NCBI RefSeq assembly: GCF_009914755.1
Contig: NC_060926.1
DNA length: 64,000 nucleotides
Strand: one strand, 5' to 3'
Source: the human T2T-CHM13v2.0 reference genome, Homo sapiens
Below are positions 60,113 through 64,000 of the stretch, one piece after another. The stretch's first letter is position 1. Each line of letters opens with the position of its first letter. The notes under the pieces were generated by a model that was not told the DNA's origin, ran no database searches, and saw only the letters and a list, made by a program, of their open reading frames with translations. The translations under genes and the position numbers were made by a program.

Positions 60113-61456
60113 TTTTCAACTCAGAAAGATCACTTTGCTGTTTGTGAATTTCTCCTCTCTTATTTGTATGTACATTACATATATATGTATATATACAATA
60201 TATTGCTTTTCTATTTTTATATACATAAATTATTTACAGATGTTGGAAAAGAGATAGCAGAAGTATGATCACAGAGAAAAGGGAAAGGATACTTTTACTT
60301 CTACTCTGTAATATTTTCCCAGAACTCTTTCTTATCATTTTCTGTGCTTACTCATCAACTCTGTAAGAAATGGGGGGAAAAGATTTCTTCCCTTAACTTT
60401 CTGTCCTTCTTAAGTGCTTGTGTGTACAACTGTTTTTTGGTCAACATTTTATTTTGGATATTTCTGTAAACTAATGAATTAAATCTAAATTATTGAAACC
60501 TGAAGATTAAAGATTTATACTATGTTTAAAATGTGGGGTAAGTATAGTTGGGATAAATTATTGATGTCAAAATGAGGTATCCTCTGGCCTGGTGATTAGA
60601 TTTCTTATTCTTCTCAGAGAGCCTTTGGTGGTTTCATCTATTATTTTCTTCTGTTTTTAAATTTGTTATAAAATGTAGCCATAATTTTTCAATACAGAAA
60701 TACAGTAATTTTAAAAAATCCACCAGAAGTCTAAAATAAAATACTTACTGGAAAGTTAACCATTTTCTGAGGGTGCCATTTCCCCATTTGTTCTGAACTC
60801 CTGGCATTTAGATTTTCTTGACTTTACACACCTGGTAAACATTTGGAATGGGAAGAATACATCATAAATGTCTGAAGAAGTAAAGAAGATTAAGCCTCTG
60901 TGAGAGTACCAGAGCTTCTTGGTTACTTATATTTCTCCACCACAGGTTTAGGAAAAAACTTGATGAGGCACAAACATTTCAGTTTTCTCACTTCCCTTTA
61001 TCAGCCTGTACCTAACATAAGCAAGAAACCCATTAACTCCCAACTTTATGGATCTCTAGGGATTGCCTTAACCCAAGGAAAAAACTTCGCATGTATCAGG
61101 AGAGGAAGATCATATGATCTAACTTGGTAACTTGGTTCCCTAAATGTTCAAGGCTTTCTCACATTTTTTAGTTAAAGTCTTATCCCCTCTCTAATCCAAA
61201 CCTTGCCCATAGTATTCTGTATTCCAGGAATGTCCCCCTACTCTGTCCATAAGGAAACCTTTCGTCACTGTCAAATCTCGATTCAAATGCTTCTCTATGA
61301 AGTTTCTCTTTCTTTACCAGGTAAATACATTTGCCACTTTTTTATTCTGCCTATGTACTCAATACAATAGTAATCTTATTGGATGTGGTTATTTACATGC
61401 TGATATATACACTAATTTTCTTGAGTGCAGGGACATATGATATGTATCTCTCTCTC

Positions 61457-61746
61457 TTTTTTTTTTTAATGAAGTCTCGCTCTGTCACCCAGGTTGCTGT
61501 GCAGTGGCATGTTCTTGGCTTACTGCAACTTCCGTCTCCTGGGTTCAAGAGATTCTCCTGCCTCAGCCTCCTGAGCAGCTGGGATTACAGGCATGCACCA
61601 TGATGCCCAGCTAATTTTTGTATTTTTGGTAGAGATGGGGTTTCACCATGTTGTCCAGGCTGATCTCGAACTCCTGACCTCAAGCCATCCACCTGCCTCT
61701 GCCTCCCAAAGTGCTGGGAATACAACATGAGCCACCATGCCCAGCC
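61457..61746 (-). mobile_element. AluS-type, in an L2 relic
   Basis: Antisense dimer with 'ctcgaactcctgacctcaag'. TSD decayed. Confidence 0.93.
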
Positions 61747-62356
61747 AATATATATATATCTTTAATACAGAAGGCTTGCTATAATTCAGATCCCAATGCT
61801 TAGTCATCCAGATACACGGAGACATTCTTTAAAGTGGGTGTTACCTACTTCTTTTCTTTGCTATCCATGGGCTGTAAATAGTTACTGGGATGGTCTGTCC
61901 AGTATTTTGGATCATAGAGCTGCTTCTCTGCTCTGCATTAAGAAGAAAGAGTAATTAGTCTTAAATTACTTTGTGTTTGTATTAGATTACACATTTACAT
62001 TTGAAATAGAATCAGTTCAATGAGTAAGATGAAATACATAACATTTATCCATGCAGTCACAATAACTGTTCCTTGTTACAGAAATCATGGAGAAGGTGAT
62101 ATTTTGTTTATTTTAGATTTTCTTAGGTTCAGTTCGCAGTATCCTAAAATAACAATGATGTTCTAAGTCTTTGCATTTGCACCAACTCTTACACTTTATA
62201 TATACTCCCTTCAGGGTACATTTTCAATTCATGAAGATGCTTGGTTGCAGGCAGTATGCTTGGCACCTGTGACACAGAGAGTAATAATACAAAGTCCTTG
62301 ACTTTTAGAAGTCACGGTGAGGTTGTATAAAATACTTTATAACAGCTTATAAACAG

Positions 62357-62385
<29 letters not shown>
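62357..62385. repeat. (AC)14 microsatellite
   Basis: Seen directly. Confidence 0.95.
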
Positions 62386-62387
<2 letters not shown>

Positions 62388-63427
62388 CATACATACACAC
62401 ATATACCTACACATGTAGATATACAGCAGGACTCAGGTGATAGGGAAATACATTCTATCTACATTTGAAATCTATTGACATGGATTATCTTCTAATCTTG
62501 ATAAGAATCCTGTGAGGCAGGTATATCAGTTAGGTATTTAACAGTGAATGATAGAAATCCATAAATTGGAGACTTACACAAGATATGTATTTATTTCCCA
62601 AGTAAAAAAAAAAAGCCAGGAAGAGGAGCACCAAGGCTGTTTAAATGGTGATTCTACAGCCATCGAGGAGGCAGAGTCCTTAGAGCTTTCCTCCACGGAG
62701 TGTCTAGATTATGGCCCTCATGTCAGCAAGGTTGATAACGAATGTTTGAGCTTGGAGGAGAAGGGAGGACACTTTCTCTTTCAAGGAGACTTTGAATGTC
62801 TCATGCAATAATTCCAGTTTGGTAGAGAATTAGCGGTCTGTCATGGAAGTTTGCAGTTGAAGAACTGCGGGCTCAAGGAGTGATGTGGTGATGCATGGAG
62901 TTAGAAGACCTGTATTCTTGGGCGGCTCAATCATTTACTAGAGATGGGATTTGGAGCAAATCACTCACTTCTGTACATGCTCGATTTGTCACTGGAAAAT
63001 AAAATATCTCCAGTGTGAGAGAGCTTTGTAATAATTAAATGAAAGAGTACATGCAAAAACCATTGCAGACCATAAAGTACCACACTAATTAGTTATGGGT
63101 GGAGCTGAAAGTTTGGTTACTTTACACCATTAGTCAAGTCAAACAGTGATTTCAAAGCCAGCAGGTATAAGATTTTTCAAGAGTTTGCAGCTGTATATCA
63201 CTTCCTTTAACAAATGTGTGGATTTGTTTCCACCTTTCACTTTAGAGTTCTAGGTTATATTGTTCTGCAGGAAAGATCAAAATGTACATATTTCTGTGGA
63301 TGTTTCTTAGAGTAAAAAAGTGACATCCAGCTTCATTCTAGTTTGTGTTCAGAATGAACGAGGCTGAGAAAACACGAGAGTGCTGAGACAAAACAACTCG
63401 AGAGGAACGTTGTGTCTTGCTGCCTTG

Positions 63428-63439
63428 GCCACCTGGCGG
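63428..63439 (-). promoter_or_regulatory. Candidate CTCF site
   Basis: Minus strand CCGCCAGGTGGC, inside a local CpG-retaining patch. Confidence 0.55.
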
Positions 63440-63759
63440 GAAAGGAAAACCAGAGCCGTGGGAACCAGAGGGTATCCAGGAGAGTTTTCCAGCAGCTCTG
63501 GTCCCATACTGTACCCCAGCCTTGTAGGGATGAATTTTTATTAGAGCTCTGACACTGAATGTGAGGACTTCAGGAAATTTATCCACCTGTTTGGGGACTT
63601 ACTTTCCTTTTATAGGACATAAACATTTCTCCTTGGATTTATGTTTCCTCAAAATCTTTTTCTATTTTTTTCTGATTTAATTATTAACTTATCTAATAAA
63701 GTAGATTTAAATCAATTCATTCCATGAGGGAGAAAATGAGGTGCAGAAAGAAATAACAA

Positions 63760-63970
63760 GAAGATGAGGTGTTTACAGTTCTGGCTCTGCTGCTTACCAG
63801 TTCTGAGTTCTTGAACAAGTTATTTAGCATTTCTGAGCTTTGGTTTTCTCACTTGTAAAATGGGGTTAACAACACCTACCTCTCAAAGCTGTTGTGAGAG
63901 TTAAAGCAAATAGTGCAGTGCAGACACACAGGAACTATTCGTCATTCAATAAATGATGCTTGTTATTCAG
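63760..63970 (+). mobile_element. MIR
   Basis: 'ctggctctgctgcttaccag...ttgaacaagttatttagcatttctgagctttggttttctcacttgtaaaatgggg...gttgtgagagttaaa'. Other MIR pieces lie at about 48040-48230, 50300-50450, 54600-54770, 56930-57100, 62430-62600 and 62880-63090. Confidence 0.85.
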
Positions 63971-64000
63971 TCCAGGTTGCATCGAGACACCCAGCACTCC

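Noticed and set aside
62548-62811. 87-aa acidic ORF
   Set aside because: Starts in a MIR relic; no homology I can recognise, and no poly(A) or TSD to suggest a retrocopy.

Overview
AT-rich, CpG-poor primate (human-like) non-coding DNA, either intergenic or deep intronic. I found no recognisable host protein-coding exon, CpG island, tRNA, rRNA or CRISPR array. The window is dominated by transposable elements. There are two full-length, decayed L1PA elements on the minus strand (about 4715-10916 and 27824-34293), each with an exact target-site duplication (TSD), plus 5'-truncated L1PA, L1PB and L1M pieces, seven Alu copies (including a nested AluY-in-AluY), MaLR/ERVL/ERV1 solo LTRs (two nested pairs with 5-bp TSDs), hAT MITEs, and many MIR, L2 and L3 relics. 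Almost all long ORFs in the track are L1 ORF1/ORF2 fragments, their antisense shadows, Alu read-throughs or chance ORFs. The most notable items are: a 33-nt tailless U2 snRNA retrocopy with a TSD; open ORF0-type antisense frames in both L1 5' UTRs; perfect GTAAGT splice donors just outside the second L1's antisense promoter; two candidate CTCF sites; an 18-bp palindromic double E-box cluster; and several small template-switch or duplication scars. I see no evidence of a genuinely new biological system. Subfamily names are from memory of consensus motifs and need RepeatMasker/Dfam confirmation.
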